Source: a virus. Taken from it: DNA of 64,000 bases. The notes below the pieces were generated by a model. That model saw nothing but the letters and a program-made list of their open reading frames with translations. It did not search any database and was not told the DNA's origin. How positions within the stretch are numbered: the stretch's first letter is position 1; every line of letters starts with the position of its first letter. The stretch is taken from the IMG/VR virus record IMGVR_UViG_3300037424_002358, positions 1 through 64,000 of that record; one strand, written 5' to 3'. The translations under genes and the position numbers were made by a program. Shown here in pieces: positions 38,180 to 45,910 of the stretch.

Positions 38180-38419
38180 CTACATCTCCCTCTGGTCAGA
38201 GTGCCTTGCGCGCCGCCGCTCGCGCCGATTCTCATGCCGCCTAATGCTACAGCCCAGGCAACTACAACCCAGGCCGCGCACGCTGGCACGGCGGCCAACA
38301 TCGCGTGGCGTCAGCGGGAACGGAGTCGGCATCATTCGGTTGTACATCTGGAGCAACCGCAGAGCGCGGGACTTCGAGCGCCAGTCGTGATGCCTGCGAA
38401 AGTCCCGCGTGCGATTCAC
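38180..38419 (-). CDS. small basic protein
   Basis: GTGA-coupled; CSCLGC motif. Confidence 0.6.
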   Translation of the reverse strand: MNRTRDFRRHHDWRSKSRALRLLQMYNRMMPTPFPLTPRDVGRRASVRGLGCSCLGCSIRRHENRRERRRARHSDQREM

Positions 38420-39237
38420 CCCGTATCCTCCAACGGCGTCAGGGCAATGATAAACCGCGCCTGGCGCCAGTAACTCACCTTCGGATTCGACTCCTCGCCG
38501 CCTAGCCGTAGCCCACAGAAGAACAGGGTCAGCACATCCGTCCTCGGCAGGACGGCGAAGCCCGACTCAGGATAGTTGTAGGCGAGGTACTCAATCATGT
38601 CGCCCACATGGGTTGAGAGACGGTCAACCTGATCGGGGGCGATCCGCACCACGGCCACGATCTGCGACCGTGAGGAACGCCTTGCCTGCATCAGCAGGAC
38701 CTCGGTCCCGAGCAACTTGTCCAGGACCGCCTCAGCGTCCCCCACGGTGCGTAGGTAGCCCCTCCCGTCCCTCTCGACGTATTCCTGTAACGGCGAGGCC
38801 GTTTGGTCTAGGCCGGAGTGCAGCCACAGCCCCACCCGGCCTGCGTCATCGAGCCACGCGAGGGCTGTGCCAGCCCCCAGGTCGAAGATTCCGCTACTCA
38901 GGGCATCCGGGGTCCAGATGTGCGGCGTGAACGGCTCCAGCAAGGCTAGGCCGTCGAAGGCCGTGACAATCTGCCCTCCCCCCGACATGTCGAGTCCGTC
39001 GTAGAGCCATGGGTTGGGGATCGGCGTCAGTGTCGGCGCGGCCGCAGTCGCCGGCTGCGGCAGGAACGGCGTGATCGTCGGCGTCGCGCTCGCCTGAAAC
39101 CTCAAGGTCATCTCGACACGCTCAGGTTCCGAGCGCCGTGGACCATAGATGCTCCAGGCGAGCGCGACTAGACCAGCCACCGTCAGGCTGGCCCCCGCGA
39201 TCAACAGGATAGGCGCGATCTCATCGGTGCGCGGCAC
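38416..39237 (-). CDS. sortase-like transpeptidase
   Basis: N-terminal TM + PT linker; WLHSG, LTLFFCG, QARFIIAL give the His-Cys-Arg order; start uncertain. Confidence 0.65.
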   Translation of the reverse strand: MPRTDEIAPILLIAGASLTVAGLVALAWSIYGPRRSEPERVEMTLRFQASATPTITPFLPQPATAAAPTLTPIPNPWLYDGLDMSGGGQIVTAFDGLALLEPFTPHIWTPDALSSGIFDLGAGTALAWLDDAGRVGLWLHSGLDQTASPLQEYVERDGRGYLRTVGDAEAVLDKLLGTEVLLMQARRSSRSQIVAVVRIAPDQVDRLSTHVGDMIEYLAYNYPESGFAVLPRTDVLTLFFCGLRLGGEESNPKVSYWRQARFIIALTPLEDTG

Positions 39238-39835
39238 GTCCGCGCATACCCCAGAAGCCGACGGCGGCGCCAGCCAGGGTGATAAGCGCACCCACGATCA
39301 TTGCCGTCAGGTCAGCGCCGCCAGTCGGCGGGTGCCTCGGCGGCTTGCGCGTCGGCGTGGGTGTCACGCATTGTCCGTCCACGCAGGGGTCAGCCGTGTC
39401 CGTGGGCGTCACGCATTGGCCCTCACATGGATCGGTCGTGACCGTCGCGGTCGGCGTCTGAGAAGACTCAGACTCCGTCGGCGTTACCGTTGGCGAAGGA
39501 GTCGAAGTCGGCGGTTTCGTCGGCTTCGGAGTCGGCGTCACCTCATGGCGATAGGACCAGTGGCTTAGGTCGCAAGCATCCTCATCGCCAACCTGCTGCT
39601 CGACCTTGTCAAACGACCCGAGCGTCAAGTATCCCTCGCAGCCCTGACTGTTGTCGCTTCCCCCTTTGCCGCAGTATTCAACGGCACCGTTGACCTCCTC
39701 CAAGGGCGGGTCCTGATGCTCAGACCATCCATCCGCCCCATGCGGGCAAACAGTCTCGCCCGTCGCGCCCGCCGTCAATGCCGCGACTAGCAGAACCGCA
39801 AGCGCCAGAACCGTAGCCATCCCTATGCGTTTCAT
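39221..39835 (-). CDS. cell-wall-anchored surface protein (PxTG sorting signal)
   Basis: signal peptide MKRIG...AGA; Cys-containing domain; PT-rich stalk; HPPTGG + hydrophobic helix + RGRAAHR tail. Confidence 0.8.
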   Translation of the reverse strand: MKRIGMATVLALAVLLVAALTAGATGETVCPHGADGWSEHQDPPLEEVNGAVEYCGKGGSDNSQGCEGYLTLGSFDKVEQQVGDEDACDLSHWSYRHEVTPTPKPTKPPTSTPSPTVTPTESESSQTPTATVTTDPCEGQCVTPTDTADPCVDGQCVTPTPTRKPPRHPPTGGADLTAMIVGALITLAGAAVGFWGMRGRAAHR

Positions 39836-40191
39836 CCTCTCCTCGCTTTCTTGCAGTTGGCGAGCCGATTGTCCTCGGCCCGCATCGATTCCGTTGCCTC
39901 CTGCATGATCGCCGCCTGATAGTCGGCCTGCTCGACCCACCTACCGATCATGTCTGTTACCGCGCTCAGCGTCTCGGGCCTCATCTCGCTGCTCGCCGCC
40001 ATGATGACGGTCTGCAAGTCGCCGATGATGTCCTTCTCCTTCAACACCGAACCCATCAGCCGCCTCGTCGTCCTGACATAGATCGCAAGCCTAGTTTCGA
40101 GCGACCGCATGAACTCCTCAATATCGGCCACTAGGTCTCCGACATCCGGCTTGCGCTTCAAGCCCGCCGGCCAGCCTGCCTCGGCGTTCAC
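39832..40191 (-). CDS. hypothetical protein
   Basis: coupled on both sides; helical. Confidence 0.65.
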   Translation of the reverse strand: MNAEAGWPAGLKRKPDVGDLVADIEEFMRSLETRLAIYVRTTRRLMGSVLKEKDIIGDLQTVIMAASSEMRPETLSAVTDMIGRWVEQADYQAAIMQEATESMRAEDNRLANCKKARRG

Positions 40192-41105
40192 AGGACTCTA
40201 GCCTCCCTCAGCAGTTGATCGACGCGGGCATCCCAGGTGTGCGGGGCGACGGCGAGCCTTGCCCTTTCGCCCAATTCCGATGCCTCCTTCGGGTGGTCCA
40301 GCAGCCATACCACGTTGGCGCAGGCCTCTCCCTCAGTCGTGAACGAAAGGAAGTCGCGGCCCTCCTGGAACATCTCGGCTAGGTCGGGCACGCGGTTGAG
40401 GACGGGCGCGATCCCGAACGCCATGACCTCGAACACGCGTGCCGTTGTATCCTGCATGCTCGACCAGTTCAGCCCCACGCGCGTCGAATGGTAAATCCGC
40501 TTCGCGTCGTCGTAGGCCGGCCCGAGTTCATAGGCGACCTTCTTGCCGAGCCGCCGGAGGTGGTCCACAAGCAGGTTGCGGTTCGGATAATGGAGGCCGA
40601 GTAGCGCCGCATCGTATTCGCGCTCCGCGAACGGGATCGCCGTGGGTGAGTGCCACACCGGGTCGTAGCCGTACGGGAGCCATCGGTCACCGGGCTTGAG
40701 ATAGGGCTTTTGCATCCCGAAGAAGAGGTCGGCCTTCTCGCGGGCCTTCGCGTAGTCGAGCACGTGCGGGTCGGTGCCGACGACGATGTACTTGCAGGAT
40801 GGCCGACCATAGGTCGTCAGCCCGGCGTTGGCCTCAATCCACACGTCGGCCTGCCAGGGCATTGACTTCTCGACGAGCGCGTACATCATCTCCGGCCGCG
40901 GCCCGATGCTCATGGGCAGATCGGGCCGGTGGACGTAGGACATGGGCAAGTGCATGCCCGTCCCGCCGCCCCACGGAATCCAGCGCCCGCTGTAGGGTCC
41001 GGCGGTATACAACTCCACGTCCGAGCGGCGCCGCAGGGCCTCGAAGATGTAGCGCCCCATTGCGACCGGGTACCAGATGGTGGAAAAGCCGACCCGGATC
41101 GTCAT
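40188..41105 (-). CDS. CgeB-like (GT-B) glycosyltransferase
   Basis: WLPYGYDP, YPNR, VGLNWS...TARVFEVMAFG, HTWDARV. Confidence 0.85.
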   Translation of the reverse strand: MTIRVGFSTIWYPVAMGRYIFEALRRRSDVELYTAGPYSGRWIPWGGGTGMHLPMSYVHRPDLPMSIGPRPEMMYALVEKSMPWQADVWIEANAGLTTYGRPSCKYIVVGTDPHVLDYAKAREKADLFFGMQKPYLKPGDRWLPYGYDPVWHSPTAIPFAEREYDAALLGLHYPNRNLLVDHLRRLGKKVAYELGPAYDDAKRIYHSTRVGLNWSSMQDTTARVFEVMAFGIAPVLNRVPDLAEMFQEGRDFLSFTTEGEACANVVWLLDHPKEASELGERARLAVAPHTWDARVDQLLREARVL

Positions 41106-41674
41106 GCCTTCACCGCCGCGAAGATGCGCACCGGCTCGGGAAGCGTGATCGGCGTCAGCCCGTAACGATGGACAGTTGGCCCGATCACGTCGTCGTCGAT
41201 CTCCGGCTTCCAGCCCTCGCCGACATCCTGCGGCACTGCGCCGTAGTAGTCGTGCACCGCGATCACGTCGCCGGGCCGCAACACGGGAGCGTAGAACGGG
41301 AACTCCATCGCCTTCTCGCCGTTGTCGCAGTAAATCATGGCCGTCTCCGAGGATCGGTCAACAAATTTGTGCACCCCCCCGCGCATGTCTTCCGTCAGGC
41401 AGTCGCCGGCGACGAACTCGAAGCCCGCATACAGCCGACTGAGTCCGGCGACGGCGTGGCTGATCTGCGGGTTGATCTCGACCGCCATGTACTCGAAGCC
41501 CTTGAAGGCCATGATCGGCGTGACGACCGCCGTCAGCCCGCCCACGTGGACGCCCAACTCGACGAACCGCCGGACGTCGTAGCGGTTGATGAGGTCGAGG
41601 ATCACGCCGACCTCAATCCACGTGTGGCCCACCAGCAGGCCGTAGGGGTCAATCTTGAAACGGTTGAGCGCCAT
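41102..41674 (-). CDS. CmcI-like class I O-methyltransferase
   Basis: FVELGVHVGG, YCDNG, LRPGDVIAVHDY. Confidence 0.8.
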   Translation of the reverse strand: MALNRFKIDPYGLLVGHTWIEVGVILDLINRYDVRRFVELGVHVGGLTAVVTPIMAFKGFEYMAVEINPQISHAVAGLSRLYAGFEFVAGDCLTEDMRGGVHKFVDRSSETAMIYCDNGEKAMEFPFYAPVLRPGDVIAVHDYYGAVPQDVGEGWKPEIDDDVIGPTVHRYGLTPITLPEPVRIFAAVKA

Positions 41675-41798
41675 CAGAGCCTCTCCCGGTTACACTGTCC
41701 GGGTCGTCGTCCCTGCGCCTCTCGGTCGGGCGACCGCTTTGCCCAGCGACGATGCTGTCTAGCCCCCGACTGTCGTTCTCTTCGCTGTTATTTGGGCA

Positions 41799-41874
41799 TG
41801 GTAGCGGGCGTCGGAGTTGAACCGACATGTGGGGGTTTATGGGACCCGTGAGGTCGCCGTCCCTCCCGCCCGCA
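41799..41874 (-). tRNA. tRNA-Met (CAT), initiator-like, non-canonical
   Basis: 76-nt cloverleaf: GCGGGC/GCCCGC acceptor stem, GAGG/CCTC D stem, loop CCCATAA, GTCGG-TTCAACT-CCGAC T arm, encoded CCA. Confidence 0.8.
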
Positions 41875-41880
41875 TCGCTC

Positions 41881-42072
41881 CTAGAGTTCGGGGATCTTCA
41901 GGACCATGCCGGGCTTGATGATGTAGGGGTTCCCCCCGATCACATCCTTGTTGGCGTCATAGATGCGCTTCCAATGCTCCTGACCGCCGGGACCGTAATA
42001 CTTGAGGGCAATCAACCGGAGCGAGTCGCCAACGAGCACCGTGTGTTCCCTGACCTTCTTGTCCTCGTCCAC
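41881..42072 (-). CDS. stand-alone LysM domain protein
   Basis: HTVLVGDSLRLIALKYYG...WKRIYDAN...IKPGMVLKIP. Confidence 0.9.
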   Translation of the reverse strand: MDEDKKVREHTVLVGDSLRLIALKYYGPGGQEHWKRIYDANKDVIGGNPYIIKPGMVLKIPEL

Positions 42073-42081
42073 CTTCGCCTC

Positions 42082-42786
42082 CTATGGTCTCTTGGGGGTA
42101 TTCGGGAGTTCCCATTTCTGCGCAAACAGCGCGCGCATGCGGACCGTCTGCTCCATGCGCTCGGGCGTGTAGCCGATCGTTCCGGCGGACGCGTGCAACA
42201 GTTGCAGGCCCGGCATCGGCACGATGGGGATGTTGGCGGCGCGCGCCTTCATCCCCAGATCGACATCTTCGTAGTCGTTCGGCCAGAAGCGCGGGTCGAA
42301 TCTCTGCAACTCGTTCCACACCGCGCCCGGCGCAGCCAGGAAGTAGCCCATCGGGTAGCGGAACGTCACCCCGCCAAAGACATTCCAGCCCGCCGGCCAG
42401 TCCACCATCTTATGGCAGATGAGCGCGCGAGGGGACGCGCGGAACGCCTCATCCAGGGCTGACAGGAAGTCCCCCCCGATCTGCACGTCATCCGAGAGGC
42501 AAATCCAGATGTCGCCCTCGGCCTCGTCCATTGCATGGTTGAACCCCTGACCGAATCCGCGGTTGGGGTCGAGCCGCAATGTCTGCACCGTGAAGCGCGC
42601 CGCCAGGCCGAACGATGCGGCCACCAGCGAGGCCTCGCGGTTGGGGCTACCGTTGTCGCAGACGACGACCTCAAACGACGGATCGTCTCGACCCGCGATG
42701 TAGCCGTCGATCTCCGCGAGGCGTGCTTGGAGCAGATCGGGCTTCGTGTAGGTCAGGATGAGAATACTAAATCTAGGGGCTGGCAC
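42082..42786 (-). CDS. GT2 family glycosyltransferase
   Basis: FSILIL, EVVVCDNGS, NRGFGQGFN, FDPRF...YEDVDL. Confidence 0.9.
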   Translation of the reverse strand: MPAPRFSILILTYTKPDLLQARLAEIDGYIAGRDDPSFEVVVCDNGSPNREASLVAASFGLAARFTVQTLRLDPNRGFGQGFNHAMDEAEGDIWICLSDDVQIGGDFLSALDEAFRASPRALICHKMVDWPAGWNVFGGVTFRYPMGYFLAAPGAVWNELQRFDPRFWPNDYEDVDLGMKARAANIPIVPMPGLQLLHASAGTIGYTPERMEQTVRMRALFAQKWELPNTPKRP

Positions 42787-43600
42787 CTTCGGCCTCCCGC
42801 AGGGCTTTCAGGCCCTCCTGTGGTCCGTAGATCGGCACGTTCATGGCCTTTGCTCGATCTACCAGGAGACCCCCCCGCAGGGGCCGCATGGCTGTTCCCC
42901 ACGGCTTGTCCGTCGGGCGGACGAGCGCGGGGTCGGCGCCAAACGCTTCGGCGATGGCTTGGCACCATGCGAAGCGGCTGATCGTGGCGTCGCCGGCGAC
43001 GTGCAGATGGTGCAGCGACAGGTCAAGTCTACCAGAAAACGCCTCCGCAAGCCACAGCAGGGCCTCCACAAGGTGCGGAATATAGGTCGGCGTCACGAAC
43101 TGGTTGGCAGGCATCTCGACCGGCATGCCGAGTTCCAGTTGGTCACGCGTCCGCCGGACAAAGTCCGAACGCTGTCCCGGCCCATACAGGTCGAGCGTGC
43201 GTATGACGAGGGTCGGCTGACGCACCTGAGCCGCCGCCTCGCCGCCCAACTTCGTCATCCCATAGAAGTTGAGCGGTGACGGCACCGCATCCTCCTGGTA
43301 CGGACCCTCGTTGCCGAAGACGTAGCCCGTGGAAATGTGGAGTAGCAGGCCTCCGAAGGCCCGCCGCACGTTGCCTGGCCCGCGGGTGTTGACAAGCACG
43401 GCCCGCTCCCGGTTCTCGCGTTGCTCGGCTCCATCCACGTCGGAGTAGGCCGCGGCGTTGACAATCGCGTCGAGGCCGATCGGGATTGCCTCACCGAGTT
43501 GGGCTGGGGCTAGCGTGATGTCGGCCACGATGGCTTCGCAGCCTGCGGCTACGAGCGCGCTTCCCAGACGCCCCCGGGGACCCGTGACGCCGATTCGCAC
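42773..43600 (-). CDS. RmlD-like NDP-4-ketosugar reductase
   Basis: VTGPRGRLG, NAAAYSDVDGAE, HISTGYVF, PLNFYGMTKLGGE, TPTY. Confidence 0.88.
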   Translation of the reverse strand: MRIGVTGPRGRLGSALVAAGCEAIVADITLAPAQLGEAIPIGLDAIVNAAAYSDVDGAEQRENRERAVLVNTRGPGNVRRAFGGLLLHISTGYVFGNEGPYQEDAVPSPLNFYGMTKLGGEAAAQVRQPTLVIRTLDLYGPGQRSDFVRRTRDQLELGMPVEMPANQFVTPTYIPHLVEALLWLAEAFSGRLDLSLHHLHVAGDATISRFAWCQAIAEAFGADPALVRPTDKPWGTAMRPLRGGLLVDRAKAMNVPIYGPQEGLKALREAEGASP

Positions 43601-43602
43601 GT

Positions 43603-44232
43603 TCAGATTTCGCGCCCCTCGGCGCGTGCCTGGCGGATGCGCTGCACCCGGATGGAGGCCGGGGGAAGCGGGCGAGGCGCTTCCGGCCCGAAGTCCATGT
43701 CGGACGGCGATGCGACCGTGCGCGGGGCCGAAGGATCGGGTTGGGCGGTCCAGACCGACCCCCCGAGGGGTAGCGTCCATACCTTGCCCATCAGGACGGC
43801 CTTGAAGGCCGTGGGCTCGTTCGGCGCGACGTACACGTCGGCCAGGCTCCCGCCGGGCGGCTCAGGGATCGCTAGGGCGATCATGGCGCCCATGCTGACG
43901 GGTAGCCCGTCGGGGCCGGTGGGCCATGTCCCCTCTCTGATCCAGCCCTCGACGCCGGCGAGCGTGCGGTACAGAAACGGCACGCCGTCCGAACGTGAGG
44001 CCCGCCACACGTCCTCGTTTGTCCATCGGAAGGCCTCGGTGACCTTCTCGGACTTTCGCTTGGGAGGCTCCACCGGGATAGGCGGCAAGAGTTTCAGCGC
44101 CTCGTCGGTCGCCTTGATCGGCTCATCGAGCGCTGGCGGCAGCGGGATGGCGTCCGCGGCTGGCGGCTGATCCGCGGCCGTGACGCCTGGACCCTCAACC
44201 GCCGGTTCCGGCACGTTCGGTTCGTCGGTCAT
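43603..44232 (-). CDS. hypothetical Pro-rich protein
   Basis: GGAGG RBS, ATGA coupling. Confidence 0.65.
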   Translation of the reverse strand: MTDEPNVPEPAVEGPGVTAADQPPAADAIPLPPALDEPIKATDEALKLLPPIPVEPPKRKSEKVTEAFRWTNEDVWRASRSDGVPFLYRTLAGVEGWIREGTWPTGPDGLPVSMGAMIALAIPEPPGGSLADVYVAPNEPTAFKAVLMGKVWTLPLGGSVWTAQPDPSAPRTVASPSDMDFGPEAPRPLPPASIRVQRIRQARAEGREI

Positions 44233-44522
44233 CTGCCTCCTCCATTCGTCCATTGGCGGACGTCGGCCTCGTTCGCGTAGATGATGATACCCGCCTTCTT
44301 GTTGCCGCAACAGCCGCCCACGACGCCCAGGCAACAGGGCACATCTTCTGCCGGAATCCAGGCCAGGGAGATGTTCGCCTTCATGGAGAACACATGCTGG
44401 CGCCGAGCCTTGCCCGGCCCGCATTCTACAATCATCCGCTGCTGGCGCAAGTAGCGCATGGCGACTGCGCCGTCGTCGTTGGAGATCGCGGTCCGGCCGC
44501 GGTTGTCGGGTGGTAGGGTCAA
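44229..44522 (-). CDS. hypothetical protein with CCG motif
   Basis: EDVPCCLGVVGGCCG; resembles 18639-19004. Confidence 0.6.
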   Translation of the reverse strand: MTLPPDNRGRTAISNDDGAVAMRYLRQQRMIVECGPGKARRQHVFSMKANISLAWIPAEDVPCCLGVVGGCCGNKKAGIIIYANEADVRQWTNGGGR

Positions 44523-45829
44523 CGCAGTTCCCTCCAGTTCAGGGCGGCCGATACGTCCGTCGCGCCCGCCCGCGAGCCTACCACAACCGACAGAACGTCG
44601 CTGGGCGTGCCCGTCGGGTGTGACCCGTCAATTTCAAGGGTAAGCGGAACCCGTGAGAGGAAGTCGCGTTCCGCCTGCCCCGGCACCTTCGTCGCCCCGC
44701 CCCCTCCGACGCTCGTGGCCGCCACGAAGCCGCCGGCAATCGTGATGCCCCCCAGGACAGCCGTCGCCGCGATATCGGCCTCCGCCACGCTGTCGGCATG
44801 CACGGGCGAGAAACTCCCGCTGACCAGGACGCCGCCCTGGACGAGTTCCCAATAGACGGCCTGGTCATCCGAGTAGATGTCCACGCTCTCCGGCAGGATG
44901 CGGGCGCGATTGACGGCCCCCTTGAAGGTCGCTCCGGGCCGCACCGACAAGATTGGCCGGCGGTTCGTTACCGGCGTTCCCGTCGGGCCGTTCGTCGCCG
45001 CAAATGGAAATCCCTGCTCGTACTGGAAGCCGCCCTCCGAGATAACGGACGCGCAAATCTGCATCAGCCCGTGCGTCCCCGTCACGCCCCCGCCGCCGCC
45101 GATCTCATAGCGCACGGGCAGGTTGGCAGTCGCCATGTAGGGCCGGACGGCGACGTTGGCGTTGTGGAAGTAGTGCGCGAACCGGATGACGCCGTCGATG
45201 ACGAACCCGACCCGGACCGTGCCCACGCCGAGCCATTCGAGGTCGATGATGAGAATCTGCGTGCGGGTCAGGTCGAGTCCGTGGCCGGAGGGGTTGAACT
45301 TAGCGTCGTCGCTGTTGTCTAGGCGGTCGACGTTCCATGAAGCCTGGGCCACGCGCGTCTCTTGCACAAGCCCCGAAACCGATGACCGAAGGACGAAGTA
45401 GGGTGTCTCACCGTCGATCTCGAAGAAGATGCCGTCGTCGGCGTCGAAGTAGCCGACGCGGCGAGTGACCTCCTGCGTGGTCTTGCCGCCCCGGAAGGTC
45501 ATCAGCGCCATCTGGCTCTTGCCGGGCTGGTAGCGCACGTACTGCCGGCTCTGGCGCACGGCCATGGAATCGAGTCCGCCCGACATCTCCACAGCGGATT
45601 CGGATGATAAATGCTGGATGCTGGCGAGCGAGCCGGAGGTGAACTGCGCCCAGATCAGCGGTTGCGCGTCGTACTCCATCTGGCTGTCGAATAGGGTAAC
45701 AGCGTCGGACACCCGCAGGCGCCCGAAGGCGTCCGAGGCGGCATGACTGTGGTCGCCAGGCGCGAGCGCGACGGCGGGCACCTTCTCGCCGGAGAGCCAT
45801 TGGCCGAGGAGAACATCGTCACCGGGCAT
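44519..45829 (-). CDS. putative virion decoration / structural protein
   Basis: directly after the capsid gene; DAFGRLRVS...TLFDS N-terminus; lectin-like beta content. Confidence 0.6.
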   Translation of the reverse strand: MPGDDVLLGQWLSGEKVPAVALAPGDHSHAASDAFGRLRVSDAVTLFDSQMEYDAQPLIWAQFTSGSLASIQHLSSESAVEMSGGLDSMAVRQSRQYVRYQPGKSQMALMTFRGGKTTQEVTRRVGYFDADDGIFFEIDGETPYFVLRSSVSGLVQETRVAQASWNVDRLDNSDDAKFNPSGHGLDLTRTQILIIDLEWLGVGTVRVGFVIDGVIRFAHYFHNANVAVRPYMATANLPVRYEIGGGGGVTGTHGLMQICASVISEGGFQYEQGFPFAATNGPTGTPVTNRRPILSVRPGATFKGAVNRARILPESVDIYSDDQAVYWELVQGGVLVSGSFSPVHADSVAEADIAATAVLGGITIAGGFVAATSVGGGGATKVPGQAERDFLSRVPLTLEIDGSHPTGTPSDVLSVVVGSRAGATDVSAALNWRELR

Positions 45830-45845
45830 CGCCGTCTCCTAGCGT

Positions 45846-45885
45846 GGAGGGGCAGACGGCTTCTTGGCGAGCCGCCTGCCCCTCC
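45846..45885 (-). terminator. hairpin after major capsid gene
   Basis: ggaggggcagacggc...gccgcctgcccctcc stem. Confidence 0.6.
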
Positions 45886-45910
45886 GTTGCGAACTATGGT
45901 GGACAGACTC

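Noticed and set aside
41680-41795. c-di-GMP riboswitch-like GGGCAAA segment or second tRNA downstream of tRNA-Met
   Set aside because: Only short hairpins; lacks the remaining conserved elements and a cloverleaf
21322-43600. Glycan cluster as a captured host O-antigen/capsule locus marking a prophage boundary
   Set aside because: It is flanked on both sides by, and translationally coupled to, virion genes, is interleaved with phage hypothetical genes, and has no export or polymerisation genes
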